Below, piece after piece: positions 16,801 to 24,335 of a stretch of DNA of 64,000 bases. This DNA comes from a virus. The notes under the pieces are model-generated. The model did no database searches. It saw nothing but the letters and a program-made list of their open reading frames with translations, and was not told where the DNA came from. Both the position numbers and the translations under genes were made by a program. The stretch's first letter is position 1; each line of letters starts with the position of its first letter. The stretch lies in the IMG/VR virus record IMGVR_UViG_3300024581_002302, positions 22,131-86,130 of that record; one strand, written 5' to 3'.

Positions 16801-17189
16801 TGGATCTGGCGCCTGCCACCATCTGCAAGGCCCTGGTCGTGGAGCTGATTCGTCGGCTCTGGGATCGGGGTCTTCTCTCGAAGTTCAACAAGTGGGCCGT
16901 CGCCATTCACGACAACTGGCTGCCCGAGTGGATTGACTACAAGACCATGAAGACCATGGTCGACGTGGACCGTCAGGCCGAAGAGATCCGCGCGAACGCG
17001 GAGGCCGAGGACGCCAAGAAGTACGCCCCGGTGTACACGGAAACCCAGAAGGGAGAGACCGCGCTCGGAGGACCGATGCAGCTCTCACATCCGACCCTGG
17101 GACAATTCGATGCCATCACCGACCCCGATACCGCCGAAGCCGACACCGAAGCCAAGGACACCCGCGAAGCCGAAGGCCGCGGCCGTTAA
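16800..17189 (+). CDS. Hypothetical protein
   Basis: TGATG coupling. Confidence 0.7.
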   Translation: MDLAPATICKALVVELIRRLWDRGLLSKFNKWAVAIHDNWLPEWIDYKTMKTMVDVDRQAEEIRANAEAEDAKKYAPVYTETQKGETALGGPMQLSHPTLGQFDAITDPDTAEADTEAKDTREAEGRGR

Positions 17190-17406
17190 GGCGCCCGGCA
17201 AGTTCAACGGGCAGAAGTTGATGTACCGGACGCTCGCTGCGGTGTTCGCTGCTCAGATCGTCCTGTTCGGCGCTGCGACGGCGAACTGCCTGTCGAAGGA
17301 GAACAGCCTGGAGGCCTGCCCGGAGATCGGACGACGCTTCGAGACGACGTTCGCATCGATCACGGCGACGATCCTGGCCCTGCTGGCTCCTCAGCCGGAG
17401 ATGTGA
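17110..17406 (+). CDS. Two-TM membrane protein (start 17110 or 17221)
   Basis: Two hydrophobic helices around a C-x9-C loop. Confidence 0.6.
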   Translation: MPSPTPIPPKPTPKPRTPAKPKAAAVKAPGKFNGQKLMYRTLAAVFAAQIVLFGAATANCLSKENSLEACPEIGRRFETTFASITATILALLAPQPEM

Positions 17407-17437
17407 CTCGGAAGGCTGGCCCGGTTCAACGCACGCC

Positions 17438-17620
17438 ATGACACGCCTCGAAGCGCACCAGATCCTCTACAGGGGCCAGAGCAACGTCCAGCTGATGGCC
17501 CGGGAGCTGGGCTGCACCCTGGAGGACCTGCAGGCGTCGTTCCGCCAGTACGTGGCCGCCAACCCCCTCGACGAGAGCGTCTGGCAGGGGGACGTCGAGC
17601 TGGCCTGGCCCTGGGCCTGA
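17438..17620 (+). CDS. Small HTH-like protein
   Basis: NVQLMARELGCTLEDL helix-turn-helix-like segment; GGAAGGCT upstream. Confidence 0.55.
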   Translation: MTRLEAHQILYRGQSNVQLMARELGCTLEDLQASFRQYVAANPLDESVWQGDVELAWPWA

Positions 17621-17621
17621 T

Positions 17622-17786
17622 CTACGGGTAGACGATGCCGCTGGTGGGGCGATCTTCTCCGCCGCCGCCTCCGCCACGGAACGCTGGCGGGTTGATCACC
17701 ACCTGCCCGCCGACTTCAGTGAAGAGCAGCTTGTCGGCCAGCTTGACGATGTCAGCGTCGGTCAGTTCTTGCGTGGGTGCGGTCAT
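17622..17786 (-). CDS. Hypothetical protein (54 aa)
   Basis: ATGA coupling to the 275-aa gene. Confidence 0.55.
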   Translation of the reverse strand: MTAPTQELTDADIVKLADKLLFTEVGGQVVINPPAFRGGGGGGEDRPTSGIVYP

Positions 17787-18610
17787 GACAGCACGGGCTC
17801 CGTGGTGCCGGCCGGGAGCAGGAACTGGCCGGTGTTGAGGTAGTACTCCGAGTCGATCTTCACGACAGACACGGTGTCGAAGGCTTCGCGCACCTGCGCC
17901 TGCATCTTCCAGGTGCCGGTCAGGTCCTCCCAGACTATGTTCCCGGCACTGGTGGAGCTGCTAGTAACCGACAGGGCGCAGTAGTCGGTCCAGACGTTCG
18001 GCGTGCCGTTCACGCGCGGGATCATGCTGCTGTAGCCGCTTTCGTTGGTCTCATTCTCGAAAATCATCCCGTTTCCGTTGGTGGACGTGCCCATGGGCAA
18101 CACGCAGTAGTTCGGCCGGCTGCCTGATCCGAAGGCGCCGCCGCCGGAGTTCAGTCCGTCATTAACCCAGCCCCCGTCGGGGAACTGGATCCCCATCACT
18201 TTGTTCGTCTTCGTGAGGAACAGGCACGCGTCACTCGCGTCGTCGAACCAGACCGTCATCAGGCCGCCCTCTGTGCTGAAGAAAGGGGGGAACGAGGTGG
18301 ATCCGCTGAGCGGGTCAGGCACCCGTGCCTTCATATCGGCGATGGTCTCGGTCCCGTTCCATTGGTGCCAGACCCAATCGTTTGCGGTGTACTCAACCTC
18401 GAGCGTCAACTTGTACGGGTGGATCGTCCCGTCCTGGCAGGTGACGTTTCTCCGGATCTGAATCCAGATCTCGTTGTCTGCCTCGTAGTTCGTCGACGAG
18501 ATAGCGGTCCAGCCCCTCGCGATGAGCTTCCCGAGGAACCACTCAGCGAAGGCTTTCTGGCCGGCGGCGTCGGTGCCGTAGGCGTATGCCTCGTTCTTTA
18601 TGAAGGCCAT
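17783..18610 (-). CDS. Beta-rich hypothetical protein, possibly virion-associated
   Basis: 275 aa, rich in G/S/T/N/W; minus-strand GGAAGGCT at 18636-18643. Confidence 0.75.
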   Translation of the reverse strand: MAFIKNEAYAYGTDAAGQKAFAEWFLGKLIARGWTAISSTNYEADNEIWIQIRRNVTCQDGTIHPYKLTLEVEYTANDWVWHQWNGTETIADMKARVPDPLSGSTSFPPFFSTEGGLMTVWFDDASDACLFLTKTNKVMGIQFPDGGWVNDGLNSGGGAFGSGSRPNYCVLPMGTSTNGNGMIFENETNESGYSSMIPRVNGTPNVWTDYCALSVTSSSTSAGNIVWEDLTGTWKMQAQVREAFDTVSVVKIDSEYYLNTGQFLLPAGTTEPVLS

Positions 18611-18646
18611 CTCGAGGGGGATCTGCAGACGGCTCAGCCTTCCGAC

Positions 18647-18675
18647 TTGACACCACGATCATCTGCGTGCACAAT
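18647..18675 (+). promoter_or_regulatory. Sigma70-type early promoter
   Basis: TTGACA-CCACGATCATCTGCGTG-CACAAT. Confidence 0.75.
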
Positions 18676-18698
18676 TAACTCAAGCGACACACAAACCG

Positions 18699-18905
18699 AT
18701 GACCTACACCCTCCAGAACAACATCGACACCTGGGCCTTCCAGGCAGCAGGCACTTCGGTCTACGTGACCCAGACCCGCCGCAACTACACCACCCCGGGT
18801 GGTCGCACCATCCAGAACCAGGTGATGACGCAGTGCGACTACACGATCGAAGAAGCACGCCAGCTCTGGACTCTGCTCACCGGCGCAGGAGCTGTCGCCG
18901 CATGA
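18699..18905 (+). CDS. Hypothetical early protein
   Basis: Follows the promoter; codon bias. Confidence 0.75.
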   Translation: MTYTLQNNIDTWAFQAAGTSVYVTQTRRNYTTPGGRTIQNQVMTQCDYTIEEARQLWTLLTGAGAVAA

Positions 18906-19093
18906 AGTACCTCGGCTGGGCCATCGGCGGGCTGCTCACGCTCGCCTTGTGGCCGATTGTTGTCCCGATGCTTATCGCGACTTTTATCCTGCTCTGTATC
19001 AATCAACATCATGACTCTGCATCCACGCCCCGTTCATCAGTCCGCCCCTTCCGCCGTCAATCGTCCCGCCCCTCCTCGTCGGGTCGCCATTAA
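18902..19093 (+). CDS. Small membrane protein
   Basis: ATGA overlap; hydrophobic N-terminal half. Confidence 0.5.
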   Translation: MKYLGWAIGGLLTLALWPIVVPMLIATFILLCINQHHDSASTPRSSVRPFRRQSSRPSSSGRH

Positions 19094-19241
19094 GAGCTAC
19101 CGCGTGCACTACCGGTACAACGGGATGCGCGGCGCCTGGTCCCTCGGCGCCTGCGACAAGACCTCCGCCATCCTCTCGATGAAGGAGCTGCTGCCCGGCT
19201 GTGTTGTGACTGCTGTCCTCAACGACAACGACGACTGGTAA
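19011..19241 (+). CDS. Hypothetical protein (76 aa)
   Basis: ATG 19011 within the track ORF. Confidence 0.55.
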   Translation: MTLHPRPVHQSAPSAVNRPAPPRRVAIKSYRVHYRYNGMRGAWSLGACDKTSAILSMKELLPGCVVTAVLNDNDDW

Positions 19242-19356
19242 CCAGGGCCGAGATCACGATCACGATCCCAGCGAGCACGAACAGCTCGCCGTAACAGGGA
19301 ACAGGCCCGACGCACGGCGCCGGGCCGCACTCCACGACCTGCTTGGTGTTGCACAT
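19219..19356 (-). CDS. Cys/Pro-rich single-TM peptide (45 aa)
   Basis: MCNTKQVVECGPAPCVGPVPCYGELFVLAGIVIVISALVTSRRCR; minus-strand GGAATCCT 22 nt upstream. Confidence 0.55.
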   Translation of the reverse strand: MCNTKQVVECGPAPCVGPVPCYGELFVLAGIVIVISALVTSRRCR

Positions 19357-19407
19357 CTTCGGTTTGCGGGTTCGTCTGAGGATTCCCTGAGAGCGAACCC
19401 GGGCTAC

Positions 19408-19436
19408 TTGACATCACGATCATCTGGCTGCACACT
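19408..19436 (+). promoter_or_regulatory. Sigma70-type early promoter
   Basis: TTGACA-TCACGATCATCTGGCTG-CACACT. Confidence 0.75.
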
Positions 19437-19459
19437 GAAGGAAGTTCAGAAACAGACAG

Positions 19460-19690
19460 ATGATGCTCACCCCCCTCGCCTGCATCAACGCCGCAATCGC
19501 CAAGGGCCTCCCCACCGGCTGGGAGTACTCCGAGGCCGCCCACGGCCTGTTCAACGGCGACAAGTTCTGCCACGTCGAAGCAGAAGCCAAGGGCCGCGGC
19601 TGGGTCTGGACCGCCTACAACTCCGACCTCGACTGGAAGGAGTTCCCCAAGACCAAGCTCGGCCACGCCATGGCCTGGGCCGCCAGCTGA
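19460..19690 (+). CDS. Hypothetical early protein
   Basis: Strong codon bias; lies between promoter and terminator. Confidence 0.8.
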   Translation: MMLTPLACINAAIAKGLPTGWEYSEAAHGLFNGDKFCHVEAEAKGRGWVWTAYNSDLDWKEFPKTKLGHAMAWAAS

Positions 19691-19695
19691 ACACC

Positions 19696-19717
19696 AGGGC
19701 CTCCGGGCCCTTTTTTT
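19696..19717 (+). terminator. Intrinsic terminator
   Basis: AGGGCC-TCCG-GGCCCT followed by a T run. Confidence 0.8.
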
Positions 19718-19757
19718 ATGGCCACCGGTACCCTGCGCCATTGACACCGCGCCACCC

Positions 19758-19970
19758 GTGAGTCTCCCCTCCCTTGACGACGGACATCTCCTCCTCTGTT
19801 GCCTGGCTGTTGCTGTGAAGCGCAGGGACCCCGTCCTTGTGGGCCAGGTCGCACGCAAGGCAGACAAGACCCTCCTCGATTCTCAGATCAGCAGGGCCTT
19901 CGGTCGCCTGAAGGGCTACGGCATGACAGCCGAGGACATGGAGTGGCTCGCAGGGCTCGAGGGCAGCTGA
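19758..19970 (+). CDS. Hypothetical protein
   Basis: GTG 23 nt after GGTACCCT. Confidence 0.6.
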   Translation: MSLPSLDDGHLLLCCLAVAVKRRDPVLVGQVARKADKTLLDSQISRAFGRLKGYGMTAEDMEWLAGLEGS

Positions 19971-20005
19971 CGGAACCCTGACGAAGCGCACCACGTCGTC
20001 TCGTC

Positions 20006-20545
20006 ATGCCCGCACAACGCATCGGCCCCTTGTATGGCCCCTTACCTGATGTCGACCCGGCATGGGCCTACAGCGACGAGAACGGCCAGCAGCTGTACAG
20101 CGCCGACGACTTCCTCGAGCTGATCCTCGAGATGCAAGAGATCCGCACCGCCTACGACCAGATCTCGAAGGTGACGATCGCGATGAACTCGACAGCTGAT
20201 CTGTCGACCCGCGCAGTCAAGAGCATTCAGAAGGACGTCCTGAAGTGGGACGCCTTGAACGACGAGTACAACCTGAAGATCGAAGAAGCCCCAGCCCTGA
20301 GGCCTGGCGAGCTGCCGATCATCAAAGCCGACGTGATCGAGTACTCCGAGGAGCCGTTGAAGCATGGCAACAGCTACGCGGCGATCTACCTCCAGAACAT
20401 GTCCGAGCGGATCAATCGACTGGTGCTCGAGGTCTGCCGTCGTCTTGACCTCTGCAGCTTCGGCGTGGACGAGGCCATCTGCTGCAGCGGCCCTGGTGGC
20501 GTAGGGAACAACCTCGGCGGCGTCGTTCCTCTCTATCGGAGCTGA
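20006..20545 (+). CDS. Putative head-tail connector/adaptor
   Basis: First gene of the neck cluster; KADVIEY and C-terminal PLYRS as recalled for cyanosiphovirus neck proteins. Confidence 0.55.
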   Translation: MPAQRIGPLYGPLPDVDPAWAYSDENGQQLYSADDFLELILEMQEIRTAYDQISKVTIAMNSTADLSTRAVKSIQKDVLKWDALNDEYNLKIEEAPALRPGELPIIKADVIEYSEEPLKHGNSYAAIYLQNMSERINRLVLEVCRRLDLCSFGVDEAICCSGPGGVGNNLGGVVPLYRS

Positions 20546-20547
20546 AC

Positions 20548-21012
20548 ATGGCCACGCCCCTCCTGCAGTTCCAGAACGGACGCATCCTCTGGACGGCCCC
20601 AGGTGGCCGTGGTGGCCCTGAGACCGGCTACCAGGTGTTACCTGGCACGCAGTACGTGATCGGCACCTTCCTGAAGCAGGTCACCGAGAAGAAGCGCGCG
20701 AGATACCAGGACACCATCGACTTGAAAATCTCGACCGAGATCTTCGAGGGCTACATCGTCGACTGGGCTGAAGTCGAAGACGAGCAGGACTGGCGCACCA
20801 TCAACTACAAGGCGAACAGCGTGTACAGCCACACAGGCAAGCGCCCAGACGGCTTCGTCGGTGCTCCTGACATGCAGGTCTACATGTCCGGCCAGGAGTT
20901 CCCTGGGCGGCTCCTGGACTCCGCTGGCGTGTTCTTCGACGAGGGCATCGGCCAGATCGTGCGCGACGTGATCGGTGATCGGCTGATCGTGACCTTCGAG
21001 CGCTGGGGCTGA
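20548..21012 (+). CDS. Putative head closure/neck protein
   Basis: Size and synteny only. Confidence 0.45.
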   Translation: MATPLLQFQNGRILWTAPGGRGGPETGYQVLPGTQYVIGTFLKQVTEKKRARYQDTIDLKISTEIFEGYIVDWAEVEDEQDWRTINYKANSVYSHTGKRPDGFVGAPDMQVYMSGQEFPGRLLDSAGVFFDEGIGQIVRDVIGDRLIVTFERWG

Positions 21013-21542
21013 TGGCGAACGAATTCTTCAGGTTTGACATCGAGGTCGAACTCCCGAAGGGTGCAGCCCAGCAGCTGCGCAAGGCTGCAGAGCAGGCCCT
21101 GAAGCAGACAGCAGCAGAACTCGACGGACGACTGACCGACGCGATCAGTGGCAAGTACTGGACCTGGGACAACCGCTACGGCGGCCAATCGAAGCGAGGC
21201 CTCTCAGGCTCGACGGTGGGCGAACGCGCGAAGCAGTGGAAGTCCGCATCGTTCAACACTCCGAGACAGCGCTCGATCGTCGACAGCGGCGAGCTGAAGC
21301 AGTCCGGCACCTTCAGCGTCAACGGATTGAAGGCCAGCTGGAAGTGGACCGCCGACTACGCCGCGGCCGTGCATGACGGCGCAAGGATCCAGCCCTGGGG
21401 CAATCGCTCAGCCGGTGCTGTCACCCTCCCAGGTCGTCCCTGGACTGATGCAGTCCTGATCGGCGGCGTGGGCAACTACAGCGGGGACACCTACGACCTG
21501 CCGGAAGAACTGAAGAAGAGAATCACCAAGCTCCTGAACTGA
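21012..21542 (+). CDS. Putative tail completion protein (HK97 gp10-like)
   Basis: IVDSGELKQS, YAAAVHDG and RPW motifs. Confidence 0.65.
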   Translation: MANEFFRFDIEVELPKGAAQQLRKAAEQALKQTAAELDGRLTDAISGKYWTWDNRYGGQSKRGLSGSTVGERAKQWKSASFNTPRQRSIVDSGELKQSGTFSVNGLKASWKWTADYAAAVHDGARIQPWGNRSAGAVTLPGRPWTDAVLIGGVGNYSGDTYDLPEELKKRITKLLN

Positions 21543-21628
21543 TGGCACTCCCTCTAATCGTGGCCAAGGGCTACGGCGGCAAGAAAGGCGGCAAGAAGTC
21601 CCCGAAGAAGGGAACCGGCAAGCGCTAA
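21542..21628 (+). CDS. Lys/Gly-rich basic peptide (28 aa)
   Basis: TGATG coupling; MALPLIVAKGYGGKKGGKKSPKKGTGKR. Confidence 0.5.
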   Translation: MALPLIVAKGYGGKKGGKKSPKKGTGKR

Positions 21629-21668
21629 TTCGGACCAGTCGGAACACTCGCGCAGCTCCTGACATTTC

Positions 21669-22391
21669 ATGGCTGCCGATACTGCCGCGCACACCGCTCT
21701 CCCGTTCCTGACGACCCCCAAGGTCGACAAGATCATCGTCGGCGACGAGAGCACCGGGACGCTCGAGTTCCCCGTGTACAACGACCTGACGGTGGCCGAG
21801 TCGGCCTGGATGGCAGCCAATCAGGCGAAGGAGACCGCATTCGCGCACACCTCGAAGTGCGCACTGAAAATCGCAAGGGCGGAGAACGTGAAGCCGATCG
21901 AGGCGCATGGCTTCGTGGCGAAGGTATTGGCCGCGGCCATGGGTGCCTCCGAGCTGGAGTTCACCCCGATCGAGCTGGAGTGGCAGGTCAAGTATCTGAA
22001 GGACCTCGAGAGAACCGCCTTCGAGGTGCTCGAGATCTCCGTGGCGCAGCAGCAGATGCTCGTCACCTGCGTGATCCGTCACCGCCTGGAAGGCATGAGC
22101 GAGTGGTCCGCACACGACACCGCCAACATGCCCACACATCTCTGTGAGGCGATCTATGAGTTCGCCCTGAAGGAGCAGAGCCGAGGCAAGTCCGAAGACC
22201 CCTCCGCTGACACCGTGGAGGAGATCGAAGAGCTGCTGGGAAAGTCGAGGACGGAAAGTACGACGGCCCCGTCGAAGTCGACTGGGCGGAGGTCTTCCAC
22301 CAAGTCCGGGAACTCCACCCGGGCTCGCAAGAATTCACGGCCGAAAGCTTCGGAGGACTCAGATCCGGATACGTCCTCGAATGCCTCGTAG
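21669..22391 (+). CDS. Tail assembly chaperone (gpG-like)
   Basis: Contains in-frame G GGA AAG slippery site at 22238-22244. Confidence 0.75.
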   Translation: MAADTAAHTALPFLTTPKVDKIIVGDESTGTLEFPVYNDLTVAESAWMAANQAKETAFAHTSKCALKIARAENVKPIEAHGFVAKVLAAAMGASELEFTPIELEWQVKYLKDLERTAFEVLEISVAQQQMLVTCVIRHRLEGMSEWSAHDTANMPTHLCEAIYEFALKEQSRGKSEDPSADTVEEIEELLGKSRTESTTAPSKSTGRRSSTKSGNSTRARKNSRPKASEDSDPDTSSNAS

Positions 22392-22894
22392 AAGGCGTCC
22401 GACTGAGGCGTGAGCACTATCACGCCCTCGAGGTCCCTGTCGCCTCTCTGTCGGCCCTGCAGGCCAACATGAACCGCGACCCGAAGAAGCAGCGCAAGCC
22501 CTACACCACCGAGGACTTCTGCTTCTTCATCGACCACGAAGCGAACAGACCCGAAGCCAAGGCGGCCCAGGCCTACATGGCCCTCGTCAAGGCGAACAAG
22601 CTTCCAGCCTTCGCGCTGGGATTCTTCGGCGACTTCAAACATGGCGAGCCCACGAAGCGCGACTGGGATCAGCTCGCGATGGTGGGGAAGGACGTCGTCC
22701 TGCTCGCTCCTTCATCGATCGAGGGCGGCTTCGAGTGCACGATGCTGGCCGAGCATTCAGCCTCCGGTGAACGCCGGACCGTGTTCCACATGGGCCAGGA
22801 CTGGGTGATTGAAGTCCCCGTCTTCGAGGACTTCGTCTACGCGAAAAACCAGGTCGAGGTCGACGTGGTGATCAGGCCGCAGTCGCCAGGATGA
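22238..22894 (+). CDS. Tail assembly chaperone gpT part (-1 frameshift extension)
   Basis: The -1 frame is open from the slippery site through the track ORF 22469-22894. Confidence 0.75.
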   Translation, partial: GKVEDGKYDGPVEVDWAEVFHQVRELHPGSQEFTAESFGGLRSGYVLECLVEGVRLRREHYHALEVPVASLSALQANMNRDPKKQRKPYTTEDFCFFIDHEANRPEAKAAQAYMALVKANKLPAFALGFFGDFKHGEPTKRDWDQLAMVGKDVVLLAPSSIEGGFECTMLAEHSASGERRTVFHMGQDWVIEVPVFEDFVYAKNQVEVDVVIRPQSPG

Positions 22895-23333
22895 TGTCGG
22901 AGAAGGTGGCGGGCTGGGCCATCTCCTGCTCCCAGGGTTCGTCCTCGTAGCGGAACCCCTGGGCCATCCAGGCCTCGATCTCCTTCTCGCGCATCTCGTC
23001 GTAGAAGGACTGCGCTCTGAACCACTCCTTCCAGTTCTGCGACCCCTTGTCGGAGTTGCAGCTCTGGCAAGCGGGCACCAGGTTGGAGGTCAGGTCCTCA
23101 CCACCTGCTGAGCGTGGCTTGACGTGGTCAAGGGTGAGGGATTCGTCGACGATCGGGACGCCGTTACAGAACGCGCACTGGTGGTTCCAGCACGCCTTGA
23201 TCCCTTCGCGCCAGAGGCGTCGGGCTTCTTTGCGTGACATTGTTTCCAGTGAGTAGATGTAGTGCTTGTGAGTCGGGCGGGGAAGGAGTTCGGGAAAGAC
23301 CTTCCAGGCCGGAGAAGTACTGACACCAGTCAC
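22872..23333 (-). CDS. HNH endonuclease (start uncertain)
   Basis: CAFC..LTLDHVKPRSAGG..NLVPACQSCNSDK. Confidence 0.9.
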   Translation of the reverse strand: MTGVSTSPAWKVFPELLPRPTHKHYIYSLETMSRKEARRLWREGIKACWNHQCAFCNGVPIVDESLTLDHVKPRSAGGEDLTSNLVPACQSCNSDKGSQNWKEWFRAQSFYDEMREKEIEAWMAQGFRYEDEPWEQEMAQPATFSDIILATAA

Positions 23334-23511
23334 AGGGATTTTTGAGTGACGCCGGCAGAGGAGGAGAAAACGAGGAGCGCTTGCATGGGTCCGTTTCCTG
23401 GCTGCTTGGCCGGGTCGATCTGCAAAAGGTTTCCCGAGACACCAGACTGCGACTGGTTTCCCCACCCCTCAGATCTCCGGAACCCTGATCGACGACGTCA
23501 GGTACGGCCCA

Positions 23512-23943
23512 GTGATCGACAGCGCGAACGACATCCTGGCCAAGCTGAAAGCCGACCCGCAGTTCATGTCCTACGTCGGGCTGTACGACTTCGGATCAGG
23601 AATCACACAGGACGCACTGGTGGTCCTCTCCTCGAACCAGCAGGTGCCAGGCGTCAAGGAAGTCGTCGGCCTGGAGGTTGTGATCAACCGCATCCCCGAC
23701 ACATCAACGAAGGCCGTGATCTCCGGCTGCTTGATCCGCCAGAAGATCTGGACGATCTATCTGGTGCAGTACGAGAACAGCGAGCCCGACATCGCAGTGC
23801 AGGCAGCCGATCGGCTCACTGAACTCGCACCTGGCGCCAAGTACTCACAACTCGGGAACGGCTTCTCCGACATGTCGGGGATCGACCAGGTCGTCGTGAG
23901 AATTCCAGCATTCGCACAACTACTGGATCCGGCGGAACTCTAA
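23512..23943 (+). CDS. Putative tail terminator protein
   Basis: Size and synteny; motif 25 nt upstream. Confidence 0.5.
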   Translation: MIDSANDILAKLKADPQFMSYVGLYDFGSGITQDALVVLSSNQQVPGVKEVVGLEVVINRIPDTSTKAVISGCLIRQKIWTIYLVQYENSEPDIAVQAADRLTELAPGAKYSQLGNGFSDMSGIDQVVVRIPAFAQLLDPAEL

Positions 23944-23964
23944 AAAGTCCCACGCGCCACCACC

Positions 23965-24306
23965 ATGTCGAAGCCGGTGATGGTAGCGAGCGTCGGTCCG
24001 TACCACTACGTGTGGAAACCAGGCACAGACAAGGATGTCGACGGATTTCTGATCCACGACGTCTCCTTGAAGGCCTTCATGGACGCTGGCTATCTGGTGA
24101 ACGATCCAGCCGACGACTACGGCGAGATCGAGAACTCCAATCCCACGAAGTACTTCGTCGACATTTACGGCAACGTCCCTCCCGTTCCTGCCGACCTTCC
24201 GTCGTTCTTCGCAAGAAGAGCGGGCACCACGAACGACGACATGCCCGTCGAAGACCCTCGGGTCGAACCCTTCGCCGATGCAGGCGGACTCGGCCCCCTC
24301 GGCTGA
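23965..24306 (+). CDS. Hypothetical structural protein
   Basis: Motif upstream; tail context. Confidence 0.6.
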   Translation: MSKPVMVASVGPYHYVWKPGTDKDVDGFLIHDVSLKAFMDAGYLVNDPADDYGEIENSNPTKYFVDIYGNVPPVPADLPSFFARRAGTTNDDMPVEDPRVEPFADAGGLGPLG

Positions 24307-24335
24307 TTTTTCAAACCCACACCCTCTTCTTGATC

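Noticed and set aside
13751-19436. CRISPR-like spaced repeats
   Set aside because: Repeats are promoters separated by whole genes at irregular distances; no cas genes
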